27,240 nt of DNA from Candidatus Marinamargulisbacteria bacterium (GCA_044350955.1 JBILGQ010000001.1:1-27240), one strand, 5' to 3'. Shown: positions 1-8,822, numbered from the stretch's first letter. Notes: generated from the letters alone by a model not told the origin. Numbers and translations: made by a program.

Positions 1-748
1 GTGCTGATGCGGCACTAGGTGCATAGGTATACACGTTAGGAAGCCAACCATGTAGCGGAAAAAACGCCATTTTTACGAAGATGCCAACTAGAATAAAACT
101 GAATCCTGCTAGTATGGCTTTAGATTCTAGCATCAGAGGAATGATGCTTTGAATATCATTAATATTTAAAGTACCTGTTTTTATAAAGATATACCCGACT
201 CCTAATAAATAAAAGCAGGCTCCGATAGAACCCATAATTAGATAATTAAATGTCGATAAATAAGCTCTTTTACCGCCTCCTATGGCCAATAGGCCATAGC
301 CAGTTAAGGCGGCTATTTCTAGCAATACATAAACATTAAACGCATCACCAGTAATCGTAATACCCAATAATCCGGCAGCAAAGAGAGTAAACAAGGTATA
401 AAAACCAGGCATTTTAGTAGGGAGTTCTTTTTCGATACTGGCTTTTGAATAGATTGCAACTAAGAATGCTACGAGTGCAATCATCAATAAAACGATAGCG
501 TTTAAATGATCAACTACGTATTCTATGCCATATGGAGGCATCCAGTTGCCTAGTTTATATTGCTGTGGTCCATAGTTTATGACTTGTCGTAATAAATAAA
601 ACGAAGATAAGGCAGTAAAAAATAAGCCTATTACGCTTATAAACCACGATAATCGTCTATGAATTAAGCCCAATAAAAAGCCTGTTAACGCTGTGAATAA
701 AGGGATGATAACGATTAATATCGGAAGCTGTTCACTAATCCTTATCAT
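1..748 (-). CDS. mrpD: Mrp/Mnh Na+/H+ antiporter subunit D (NuoN/antiporter-like), 3'-truncated by window edge
   Basis: Not in the ORF track; translated by hand. ATG at 748 with GGAG at 756-759. Reads MIRISEQLPILIVIIPLF...LGNWMPPYGIEYVVDHLN...GDAFNVYVLLEIAAL...VKMAFFPLHGWLPNVYTYAP, which are typical MrpD motifs; the frame is open to the edge. Confidence 0.93.
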   Translation of the reverse strand, partial: MIRISEQLPILIVIIPLFTALTGFLLGLIHRRLSWFISVIGLFFTALSSFYLLRQVINYGPQQYKLGNWMPPYGIEYVVDHLNAIVLLMIALVAFLVAIYSKASIEKELPTKMPGFYTLFTLFAAGLLGITITGDAFNVYVLLEIAALTGYGLLAIGGGKRAYLSTFNYLIMGSIGACFYLLGVGYIFIKTGTLNINDIQSIIPLMLESKAILAGFSFILVGIFVKMAFFPLHGWLPNVYTYAPSAASA

Positions 749-1157
749 GGCATTTCTCCAAAATTTCATCTTCGTCTAAAGTGCCGTATTCTTCGTACAA
801 GCGCTGAATAAGGGCTAAGCCCACACCTAAAGTTGCTACTCCAACAACGATAGCAGTAAGCATTAATATCTGTGTTAGAGGGTTTGCGTAATCAGCTGCA
901 ATAACGGCATGTCCTACTTGTTGTATAGTAGCATGGGTATCATGAGTATTATGTTCTGCGTGATGTATTAATACCGGCACAGTAGCGCCTTTTTTAGCCC
1001 CCATAGAAATATAAAATAAAATAATACCCGTTTGAAAAATAGCCATGGCTATCAATTTTTTAATCAGATTTTTTAAAGCTAACATGCCCCAAAGACCAAT
1101 CATCATAATAACGACAACCACTATATAGTTATAATACGAAAAAATAAGTTCTTTCAT
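735..1157 (-). CDS. mrpC: Mrp antiporter subunit C (NuoK-like) with a His-rich loop
   Basis: KNLIKKLIAMAIFQTGIILFYI and YANPLTQILMLTAIVVGVA motifs; three hydrophobic segments; TAATG overlap with mrpB. Confidence 0.93.
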   Translation of the reverse strand: MKELIFSYYNYIVVVVIMMIGLWGMLALKNLIKKLIAMAIFQTGIILFYISMGAKKGATVPVLIHHAEHNTHDTHATIQQVGHAVIAADYANPLTQILMLTAIVVGVATLGVGLALIQRLYEEYGTLDEDEILEKCHDKD

Positions 1158-2170
1158 TATAAACCCTGATCAAATTTGCCGTCTGTGGCTAAACTAAGAT
1201 AAATACCATACATGGCAGCCATAACCGTTAAAGCAACGCCCGTTTCTACCCCTAACATGGCATGTGATCTAGCCATGATGGCATCGGTATAGGGTAAAAC
1301 TTTATGTAAAACGCCATAATCCAAGAAATTACCACCTAGAAATAAACAGAGTAAACCTATGCCTGAATAAATCAGAACTCCAAAGGCCGAAAAGGCCAAC
1401 ATTTTTTTTTCGTTTAAATAAGATAAGGCAGTTTGAACATCGAATGACATAGATAATAAGATAATAGACGCTCCTAAAATTACCCCAGCCTGAAAGCCTC
1501 CGCCAGGGCTATGATGCCCGTGCGCTAGCACATATAAAGCGAATAATTGCATAAACGGCACCATGATTCGGGTGCAAACTTTTAAAATTAGGCTGTCGTA
1601 AGCTACAAAGTTAACTCGTTTTTTAGATGCTTTAGTCTCTTCTTTACTACGACGTAAAATCGAATAAATGGCAATACAAGCCACAAACACTACGCACGTT
1701 TCGAACATCGTATCAAAGCCTCTGTAATCAGCTAATACAGTTGTTACTATATTAGGGACACCCGTATCTTCTAGGGCATGAGTAATATAATAGGCGCCTA
1801 CGTAGGTGTTTACCGGAGAGTCTAAATTTCCCCATTTCGGAAAATCTGTAATGACTGCTATAAGGGCTAAGCCCATAATGCTGACAACAATGCTTGTCAG
1901 TGATTTTACAAATAAATCTTTCTTTGTATAGTTACTTATACGTGTGGTTCGATAGATTGTTGCGATAAAAAATACTGTGCTTACACCAGCGCCAACCGCT
2001 GCTTCGGTAAATGCAACATCGGCAGCTCCCATTGCGTTCCAAACTATACACATTAAAAAACTGTAAGCACCAAACACGATGGCTGACGCCATTACATCAC
2101 GAATGCTTAGTGAGACAACGGCGCAAATCAATGCTAAAGTGAGGGCTACGGCATTGTATTCCCAAATCAT
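1157..2170 (-). CDS. mrpB: Mrp antiporter subunit B, fused form (DUF4040/MbhD-like + MbhE-like + MnhB domain)
   Basis: N-terminal GAADVAFTEAAVGAGVST, middle PNIVTTVLADYRGFDTMFE, C-terminal HGHHSPGGGFQAGVI; AAGGA at 2179-2183. Confidence 0.9.
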   Translation of the reverse strand: MIWEYNAVALTLALICAVVSLSIRDVMASAIVFGAYSFLMCIVWNAMGAADVAFTEAAVGAGVSTVFFIATIYRTTRISNYTKKDLFVKSLTSIVVSIMGLALIAVITDFPKWGNLDSPVNTYVGAYYITHALEDTGVPNIVTTVLADYRGFDTMFETCVVFVACIAIYSILRRSKEETKASKKRVNFVAYDSLILKVCTRIMVPFMQLFALYVLAHGHHSPGGGFQAGVILGASIILLSMSFDVQTALSYLNEKKMLAFSAFGVLIYSGIGLLCLFLGGNFLDYGVLHKVLPYTDAIMARSHAMLGVETGVALTVMAAMYGIYLSLATDGKFDQGL

Positions 2171-2568
2171 GATTCGTTTCCTTCTGTCATTTTATTGTCT
2201 GTCATTTTATTCTCTGGCATTTTATTACTGGCTTTCTTTTTTCTTAACGCTTTCATTTTATTCCATTGTTCGGCACCGGTTTCGTAGCCTGCATCAATAA
2301 AGGCATGACAAGACGTAGGGCTGCTAATAAATATAAAAACAACGATAGATATAATTTTAAGAAAAACCAAAAGAGAGGCTCCAGAATAATGTCCTTCATG
2401 AAATGTATATAGGCCGCAGGCAAATAATATTAAAACGGTAGACAAGGTGTCGCCTTTACCGGCTGCATGAGAACGTGTGTAAAAATCTGGTAATCGAAGC
2501 ATGCCAACTGCTGTGCCTAAAAAGAAAAATAATCCTAAAATAATTAATAGTATGACGATTAAATTCAT
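2167..2568 (-). CDS. mrpG: Mrp antiporter subunit G with a repetitive C-terminal tail
   Basis: GMLRLPDFYTRSHAAGKGDTL and SPTSCHA motifs; ATGA overlaps with both neighbours. Confidence 0.93.
   Translation of the reverse strand: MNLIVILLIILGLFFFLGTAVGMLRLPDFYTRSHAAGKGDTLSTVLILFACGLYTFHEGHYSGASLLVFLKIISIVVFIFISSPTSCHAFIDAGYETGAEQWNKMKALRKKKASNKMPENKMTDNKMTEGNES
2182..2226. repeat. 3 x 15-bp in-frame tandem repeat (NKMPE/NKMTD/NKMTE) in the mrpG 3' end
   Basis: Plus-strand units ttctgtcattttatt (2182-2196), gtctgtcattttatt (2197-2211) and ctctggcattttatt (2212-2226); partial copy cattttatt at 2254-2262. Confidence 0.9.
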
Positions 2569-2867
2569 GTTGTTTGTTCCACAATTTTTTTGTTCTTAGG
2601 GGTTAGACTGCGTTTGTGTTGATAGAATTTAGCTGCTGCTATAGACGTTATAAAATTTAACATGCCATAAGCGATGGCTATATCAACAAACATATCTAGT
2701 CGCTCAAAAACGATTCCTAAAAAAATAATCAGTATGATTGATTTAGTGCCAATAATATTTACGCAAATCAAACGATCTAAAGCCGTAGGCCCTTTAATGA
2801 TACGTATAAATACTAGTCCTATTAAGACTAATAATATGATTCCAAAAAATACAAATACATTTTCCAT
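2565..2867 (-). CDS. mrpF: Mrp antiporter subunit F
   Basis: RIIKGPTALDRLI and DIAIAYGMLNFITSIAAAKF motifs. I chose the ATG at 2867 (4 nt after the mrpE stop); the ORF-track GTG at 2897 is an alternative start. Confidence 0.88.
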   Translation of the reverse strand: MENVFVFFGIILLVLIGLVFIRIIKGPTALDRLICVNIIGTKSIILIIFLGIVFERLDMFVDIAIAYGMLNFITSIAAAKFYQHKRSLTPKNKKIVEQTT

Positions 2868-2871
2868 TGTA

Positions 2872-3360
2872 TTATGCCCAAGTCCCAAAAATGTCACTTA
2901 CTTTTTTTTCCATCGATCCGTCACAACCTTGTGCTGTTTCATCGGTTAAAGCGTGAATGAGTAATTCATCTCCCTCAATTTTTACAGTAACTGTACCAGG
3001 GGTCAAAGTTATAGAGGTGGCGTAAAGAAATTTGGGTAAGTCGTGTTTCAAATTGGTTTTAATGCGTATAAGTTGGGGGTTAATGACTTCGTGAATATTT
3101 GGATGAAAACACACTTTTAGAACATGGATGTTCGATTTGACGATTTCTTTTAAAAGCCATGCTGAATAGGGTAAGAATTTTGCGAATTCTTTGAAGCGAG
3201 TTGCTGTGCTTTTTTTGTTATCTGGTATGAAGGTGTTGCCAGACCATAGGGTAATAATTAGTACTGAAATCAGCCCTAAAGACAGGTGAAATAGGTCAGT
3301 TTTTCCGGATAGTAAAAACCAAAGAATGAATAGTAAGTAAAACGATAGTAAAAATCTCAC
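2872..3360 (-). CDS. mrpE: Mrp antiporter subunit E, first gene of the operon
   Basis: EIVKSNIHV and ATSITLTPGTVTV...LLIHAL motifs; GTG start with AAGGAG at 3367-3372. Confidence 0.93.
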   Translation of the reverse strand: MRFLLSFYLLFILWFLLSGKTDLFHLSLGLISVLIITLWSGNTFIPDNKKSTATRFKEFAKFLPYSAWLLKEIVKSNIHVLKVCFHPNIHEVINPQLIRIKTNLKHDLPKFLYATSITLTPGTVTVKIEGDELLIHALTDETAQGCDGSMEKKVSDIFGTWA

Positions 3361-3385
3361 GTGTTTCTCCTTAAGATAAGCGATC

Positions 3386-3414
3386 AGTTTAATTTTTTAG
3401 ATTTATAGTGTCAA
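3386..3414 (-). promoter_or_regulatory. Putative sigma70 promoter of the mrp operon
   Basis: Minus strand: TTGACA (3414-3409), 17-bp spacer, TAAACT (3391-3386), just upstream of the mrpE RBS. Confidence 0.7.
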
Positions 3415-3415
3415 T

Positions 3416-3440
3416 AATTAAATTCGAATTTAATTCGACT
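3416..3440. promoter_or_regulatory. Perfect 20-bp palindrome overlapping an 11-bp direct repeat; candidate operator
   Basis: AATTAAATTCGAATTTAATT (3416-3435) is its own reverse complement. AATTCGA occurs at 3421 and 3432. Confidence 0.55.
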
Positions 3441-3461
3441 ATAAAGGTTTAATTTTTCCTA

Positions 3462-3490
3462 TTAAGAAATCGTGAAAAATAGCGTAGAAT
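3462..3490 (+). promoter_or_regulatory. Putative sigma70 promoter of the purL cluster
   Basis: TTAAGA (3462-3467), 17 bp, TAGAAT (3485-3490), ending 10 nt before the purL ATG. Confidence 0.45.
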
Positions 3491-3500
3491 AGAGCTCGTT

Positions 3501-5747
3501 ATGGCATTATCAAAACAAGATTTAGAGACTATTAAAGCTTTATTGAATAGAGAGGCTAGCATCGTAGAACATCATGTTTTTGATACGATGTGGTCTGAAC
3601 ATTGCTCTTATAAAAGTAGTAAACGTGTTTTGAAATTATTGCCTACTAAAGCGAAGTCAGTAGCCTTAGGCATTGGGGAAGACGCCGGTATTGTGCGATT
3701 TACCGCGCATGAGGGTAAGCAATATTGCATTGTTATGTCTCATGAATCTCATAATCATCCGTCTCAAATATTACCTATTGAGGGTGCGGCTACTGGTGTT
3801 GGCGGTTGTGTTCGTGATGTGTATTGTATGGGGGCTGATGTTATTGGTGTATTAAATTCACTGCATTTTGGAATTAGTGATGACAGCCAGTCGCTTGTAG
3901 ATGAGATCGCTGAGAATGTTGTTTTGGGAATAGCCGATTATGGCAATGCGTTGGGGGTTCCTGTATTAGGTGGCGAAACTTTGTATCATAAAAGTTACAA
4001 CGATAATTGCTTGGTAAACGTTGCTGCTTTAGGGTTAATTACTGAAGATCAGATTATTCATTCTTATGTGCCAAAGCAGGCTAAAACTGAGCCTTACGAT
4101 ATTATTTTGATAGGGAAATCGACTGATGCTACGGGTTTTGGTGGCGCTAGTTTTTCGTCTGCAACATTAGATAATGACGACGATGTATCGAATATTGGTG
4201 CTGTGCAAGTTCATGATCCTTTTATGAAACGGGTTATTGTTGAAGGAATTAAAAAATGTTTGTCTGTAGTTGCTGAACAAAATGTGATTATTGGATTTAA
4301 AGATTTAGGCGCTGGTGGTATTTCTTGTGCAGGGTCTGAAATTGCAGTGGGTGGCGGATTTGGGGTTCGATTGGATCTTGATAAAGTGAATGTGGCTTTT
4401 AATAATTTGCCCGCTGAAGTCATTGCTTGTTCTGAAACACAAGAGCGTTTTTGTATGGCTGTTCCTAGATATTTTTCGCAAACCGTGTGTGATATTTTTA
4501 ACAAAGAGTATCAATTGCCGCTTTTATATCCTCAAGCAGGTGCTGTTGTTATTGGGGAAGTAACCCAGGAGCAAACGTTTATTATGACTCATAAAGGGGC
4601 TGTGGTATGCGATTTACCGGTTCAATGTATTACAACAGAAGTTAGGGCGCATCGTGAGTCTAAAGAAAAAATCAAAGTGACGCCGGGTTCTAGCATTTCT
4701 TTGAAAGATGGAATTGATTTAAAGTTTGTTTTAGAAAAAGTTATTTCTCAAAAAATGGGAGCTTCAAAACGGCATATCTATCGTCATTTTGACAATGCGG
4801 TTAGGGGAGCTACTGTTGTTTATCCAGGTGAAGCGGATGCAGTTGTTATTAAACCACTTAAAGGGTCTCCTGTAGGTTTAGTCGTTACTATGGACAGTAA
4901 TTTGTATGGCGAAGCTGATCCCTATGTGGCTGGAGCAGGCGCTGTCGCAGAATCGATTCGAAATGTTGTAGCACTGGGAGCGAAGCCATTGGCTTTAACC
5001 GATTGTTTGAATTATGGAAATCCCGAAAAACCGTCTGTTTTTTATGATTTTGAACAAGGTGTATTGGGCATTAAAGACGCTGCTGAACAATTAAGTATGG
5101 ATGAAGGCGATCCGGTTCCGATTATTTCTGGAAATGTTAGCTTTTATAATGAGTCTAAACATGGAAATGCTGTAACGCCGTCGCCTGTTATTTGTTGTAT
5201 AGGCCGAGTTGATGATGTGTCGACTGTTAAAACAGCGCAATGTTTTGAAGTGGGATTAGAGCTGTTTTTAATCGGAAAGCGTTACCCTGAATTTGCCGGA
5301 ACAGCCGTACAGCCTTATATTAAAGAGATTGACTTACTTGCTCCGCAAGTACGTTTTGAAGACGAATTATTGCAAAATAAAGCTATTTTATCGCTTTACG
5401 AAAAAAAATTAGTACATAGCTGCCATGATATTTCTGTGGGTGGACTTTGGCAAACTTTGCTAGAAATGTGTTTGGGTGAGCGTGGGATTTTCCGTTGTGG
5501 AATTACTTTTGATGGTACACAAATTGACAGTGATTTATTTGTTCAATTATGTTCTGAGAACGGTGGTTTTGTTGTTGCCACTGATGACGCATCGAAAACA
5601 CGTGAAAGTCTTAGCAGAGCCGGAGTTCATTATTATCACATTGCTACAACTACTGAAGTTCGAGAATTTCATATTAATTCTCACACAGAGGCTATCGTAT
5701 TTAATTTGACAGATTTAGAAAAATCTTGGAATCAGACCAATAGCTAG
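3501..5747 (+). CDS. purL: Phosphoribosylformylglycinamidine synthase subunit PurL (small type)
   Basis: MWSEHCSYKSS, ESHNHPS, GAATGVGG, DLGAGG, TDCLNYGNPEKP and SGNVSFYNE motifs; 748 aa with no glutaminase domain. Confidence 0.97.
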   Translation: MALSKQDLETIKALLNREASIVEHHVFDTMWSEHCSYKSSKRVLKLLPTKAKSVALGIGEDAGIVRFTAHEGKQYCIVMSHESHNHPSQILPIEGAATGVGGCVRDVYCMGADVIGVLNSLHFGISDDSQSLVDEIAENVVLGIADYGNALGVPVLGGETLYHKSYNDNCLVNVAALGLITEDQIIHSYVPKQAKTEPYDIILIGKSTDATGFGGASFSSATLDNDDDVSNIGAVQVHDPFMKRVIVEGIKKCLSVVAEQNVIIGFKDLGAGGISCAGSEIAVGGGFGVRLDLDKVNVAFNNLPAEVIACSETQERFCMAVPRYFSQTVCDIFNKEYQLPLLYPQAGAVVIGEVTQEQTFIMTHKGAVVCDLPVQCITTEVRAHRESKEKIKVTPGSSISLKDGIDLKFVLEKVISQKMGASKRHIYRHFDNAVRGATVVYPGEADAVVIKPLKGSPVGLVVTMDSNLYGEADPYVAGAGAVAESIRNVVALGAKPLALTDCLNYGNPEKPSVFYDFEQGVLGIKDAAEQLSMDEGDPVPIISGNVSFYNESKHGNAVTPSPVICCIGRVDDVSTVKTAQCFEVGLELFLIGKRYPEFAGTAVQPYIKEIDLLAPQVRFEDELLQNKAILSLYEKKLVHSCHDISVGGLWQTLLEMCLGERGIFRCGITFDGTQIDSDLFVQLCSENGGFVVATDDASKTRESLSRAGVHYYHIATTTEVREFHINSHTEAIVFNLTDLEKSWNQTNS

Positions 5748-5750
5748 ACT

Positions 5751-7826
5751 ATGTCTATTCGTTTAGAGTCAGATATTCAGTCCCTTAGAGGCGTGGGGTC
5801 GAAATTATCTAAATCTTTAAATCGTTTAAATTTATATACCGTAAAAGATTGTTTGTATTTTTTTCCGAGAGAATACGACGATAGACGTCATTTGCCGCTT
5901 ATCAAAGAGCTGAATACAGGAGATATTACGAGTATTGTTGCTTCTGTGGTATCTGTACAGGAAAAAAAAATTCGAAAAGGGCTAAGTATACTTGAGGCTG
6001 TGTTACAAGATTCTAGTGGCCGAATAATGGCTACTTGGTTTAATCAATCTTTTTTATTACCTGTATTGCAACCTGGAGTGAAATTAATTATAAAAGGAAA
6101 AGTCGAATCTAATTTGTTTTATCAAACAAGTAAATTTCAGGTGCTTAATACAGAAATTTTGAAATCACAAAAAGAAATAAACGAAAATTTAGGTGTTGTA
6201 ATGCCTGTTTATGCATTAACTGCAGGTGTTTATCAAAGTCAAATGAGACAGGTTATTAAGCAAAGTATTGCCGATGGTTTGTCGTTGGTAAAAGAAGGAA
6301 TTCCTGATTATTTGTTAGTAAAACTCAATTTAATGCCTGTTAGAACAGCTTTGTATCAGTTGCATTTTCCTCAATCTGTAGACGATTATAAACGGGCACG
6401 AAGTAGACTGGTTTTTGAAGAGTTTTTCTTATATCAATGTCGACTTGAAAGACAAAGACTTTCTCATAAAAAAAACGTATATTCAACCCCGCTTGCCTAT
6501 ACAGGGTCTTATGTACAACCTTATTTAGATAGTTTGGGCTATGAATTAACCCAGGCTCAAAAAAGAGTTATTGAAGAAATAATGGCTGATTTGTCCAAAG
6601 AATCAAGCATGAATCGACTGCTACAGGGAGATGTCGGTGCCGGTAAAACCAATGTTGCTATGATCTGTATGCTTATTGCTTTAGAGTCAGATAAATCGGC
6701 TGTATTGATGGCTCCTACAGAAATTTTGGCTACCCAACATTATATAAAAGCCAAAAAATTTTTAGAGTCCATGCAAATTCCTTGTATATTATTGAAAAGT
6801 AAAATGAAAAAAAGTGACAAAGAGTTGGCTATGCAAACTATTCAAAATAACAGGGCTACTTTTATTGTAGGTACACATGCTTTGATACAAGAGCAGGTTA
6901 GTTTTAATAATTGTGGGATTGTTGTTATTGATGAACAGCATCGTTTTGGTGTGATGCAACGAGCGTTATTGCAAAAAAAGGGTAACAGTCCACATTGTCT
7001 ATTTATGACTGCGACACCTATTCCTAGATCATTTATGCTAACAGCTTACGGAGATTTAGATAAATCGATTATCGATGAATTACCTCCCGGAAGAAAACCT
7101 GTAAAAACTGAAACAGTTACAGAAGAATTTTTGGGTCAGGTTTATATGGCCTGTGTTAGACGATTGCTAAATAAAGAACAATTGTATGTTGTGTATCCCT
7201 TGGTCGAAGAATCTGAAAAACTAGACTTAAAATCGGCAATTGAGGGTTTTGAGACTCTTTGTCGTGTATTTTCGGAATTTAAAGTGGGTCTTTTGCATGG
7301 CAAAATGCATACTAAAGATAAGCAGGAAATAATGGATGCGTTTAAAGTTGGTGAGATTGATATTTTGGTATCGACTACTGTTATTGAAGTAGGGGTCGAT
7401 GTTCCGAACGCCTCGATGATGATTGTTCAGCATGCTGATCGTTTTGGCTTATCTCAGTTGCATCAATTAAGAGGGCGTGTAGGGCGTGGAGGTCAACAGG
7501 CTATTTGTTATTTAATCAGTGACAATAAGGGCGAAGTTGCTAAACAGAGGCTTAAGGCTATGACGGATACTACGGACGGATTTAAAATTGCTGAGATTGA
7601 TTTAATGATTCGAGGACCTGGGGATGTTTTGGGGACGAAGCAATCTGGGTTACCAAATTTTAATATTTCTGATTTAATTAAAGATGAGAAAATATTGATT
7701 TTGGCTCGAAAAATAGCTAGTGAACTGTTGAAGGAAGATCCGGATTTGCAATTCGAGAAAAACAGTTGTTTGGCAAGGCAATTGTCTGAAAATAAAGAGC
7801 TGTATATAGGGGAGTATTTAAATTGA
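5751..7826 (+). CDS. recG: ATP-dependent DNA helicase RecG
   Basis: FFPREYDDR, RLLQGDVGAGKT, IDEQHRFGV, MTATPIPR, QLRGRVGRG and RGPGDVLGTKQSG motifs. Confidence 0.98.
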   Translation: MSIRLESDIQSLRGVGSKLSKSLNRLNLYTVKDCLYFFPREYDDRRHLPLIKELNTGDITSIVASVVSVQEKKIRKGLSILEAVLQDSSGRIMATWFNQSFLLPVLQPGVKLIIKGKVESNLFYQTSKFQVLNTEILKSQKEINENLGVVMPVYALTAGVYQSQMRQVIKQSIADGLSLVKEGIPDYLLVKLNLMPVRTALYQLHFPQSVDDYKRARSRLVFEEFFLYQCRLERQRLSHKKNVYSTPLAYTGSYVQPYLDSLGYELTQAQKRVIEEIMADLSKESSMNRLLQGDVGAGKTNVAMICMLIALESDKSAVLMAPTEILATQHYIKAKKFLESMQIPCILLKSKMKKSDKELAMQTIQNNRATFIVGTHALIQEQVSFNNCGIVVIDEQHRFGVMQRALLQKKGNSPHCLFMTATPIPRSFMLTAYGDLDKSIIDELPPGRKPVKTETVTEEFLGQVYMACVRRLLNKEQLYVVYPLVEESEKLDLKSAIEGFETLCRVFSEFKVGLLHGKMHTKDKQEIMDAFKVGEIDILVSTTVIEVGVDVPNASMMIVQHADRFGLSQLHQLRGRVGRGGQQAICYLISDNKGEVAKQRLKAMTDTTDGFKIAEIDLMIRGPGDVLGTKQSGLPNFNISDLIKDEKILILARKIASELLKEDPDLQFEKNSCLARQLSENKELYIGEYLN

Positions 7827-8347
7827 GAATTATCGGTGGTAAATATAGAGGCTTTCGTTTGGAATTTTCGATTTCAGATGAGTTACGACCTACTAAAGAT
7901 CGTGTTAAAGAGGCTTTGTTTAGTATTTTGTTTGATAAAGTCATTGGTGCTACTTGTTTAGATTTATTTGCTGGCTCTGGATCTTTGGGCCTTGAAGCTT
8001 TGTCTCGTGAAGCTGAGCTGGTTGATTTTGTGGATACTGATTGCAGGGTCTTAAGAAAAAACCTCGAGAAATTGAAGTTAGATTCTAGGGATGGAGTTTA
8101 TTGTCAGAGTTTTGATAAATTTTTAAAAAGATCAAGCAAAAAGTATGATATTATATTTTTAGATCCCCCTTGGGCACATCTTAATTATTTTGAGGAAGCT
8201 TTGAAGCTGATTTTTGACTGTGATTTACTGAAAACCACAGGAATTATCGTGTGTGAACATCCAAAAAATTTTAAGATATCTGTTGATAAACAGAAAGACA
8301 GTAGATCTTTTGGTAGAAGCGTATTAACATTAATAAAGCATGACTAG
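7823..8347 (+). CDS. rsmD: 16S rRNA m2G966 methyltransferase RsmD
   Basis: TTG start; MRIIGGKYRG, RPTKDRVKEALF, LDLFAGSGSLGLEALSR and DPPW (usually DPPY); recG-rsmD-coaD synteny. Confidence 0.94.
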   Translation: MRIIGGKYRGFRLEFSISDELRPTKDRVKEALFSILFDKVIGATCLDLFAGSGSLGLEALSREAELVDFVDTDCRVLRKNLEKLKLDSRDGVYCQSFDKFLKRSSKKYDIIFLDPPWAHLNYFEEALKLIFDCDLLKTTGIIVCEHPKNFKISVDKQKDSRSFGRSVLTLIKHD

Positions 8348-8822
8348 AAAAGCTATTTATCCAGGTTCTTTTGATCCCATTACTAATGGTCATATTGATA
8401 TAGTAAATCGAGCTACAGAGATTTTTGATGAAGTAACAATAGTAGTTTTTGATAATCCTAATAAAACAACTCTTTTTAGCTTTGAAGAAAGACGAAAATT
8501 GATTAGTGAACAATTTTGTCATCTTGCTAATGTAACGGTCGATGTTTATCGCGGTTTGCTTGTTGATTATGCAAAGCAAAAGTCTATTTTTACTATTATT
8601 CGAGGGTTAAGAGCGTTGTCTGATTTTGATTACGAACTTCAATTTTCCTTAACTAACAGAAAATTAGCGTCGGAAGTTGATACTATTTTTTTTATGACTG
8701 ATGAAAAATATTCATATTTAAGTTCTAGTTTAGTCAGGCAGTTGGTACAATTTAAGGGAGATGTCTCTGCATTTGTGCCCGTTCATGTCAATAATGCGTT
8801 AAGGAGTAAATTTAATGAGTAA
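8340..8822 (+). CDS. coaD: Phosphopantetheine adenylyltransferase
   Basis: YPGSFDPITNGHIDI, IRGLRALSDFDYE and YLSSSLVR motifs. Confidence 0.98.
   Translation: MTRKAIYPGSFDPITNGHIDIVNRATEIFDEVTIVVFDNPNKTTLFSFEERRKLISEQFCHLANVTVDVYRGLLVDYAKQKSIFTIIRGLRALSDFDYELQFSLTNRKLASEVDTIFFMTDEKYSYLSSSLVRQLVQFKGDVSAFVPVHVNNALRSKFNE

Noticed and set aside
2079-2949. Plus-strand ORFs 2079..2300 and 2674..2949
   Set aside because: They are antisense shadows of well-supported mrp genes, with no motifs or RBS.
1402-8693. A/T homopolymer runs (T9 at 1402-1410 in mrpB, A8 at 5401-5408 in purL, A9 at 5962-5970 in recG, T8 at 8686-8693 in coaD) as phase-variation sites
   Set aside because: All host frames are intact, such runs are expected in AT-rich DNA, and these are not typical contingency genes.
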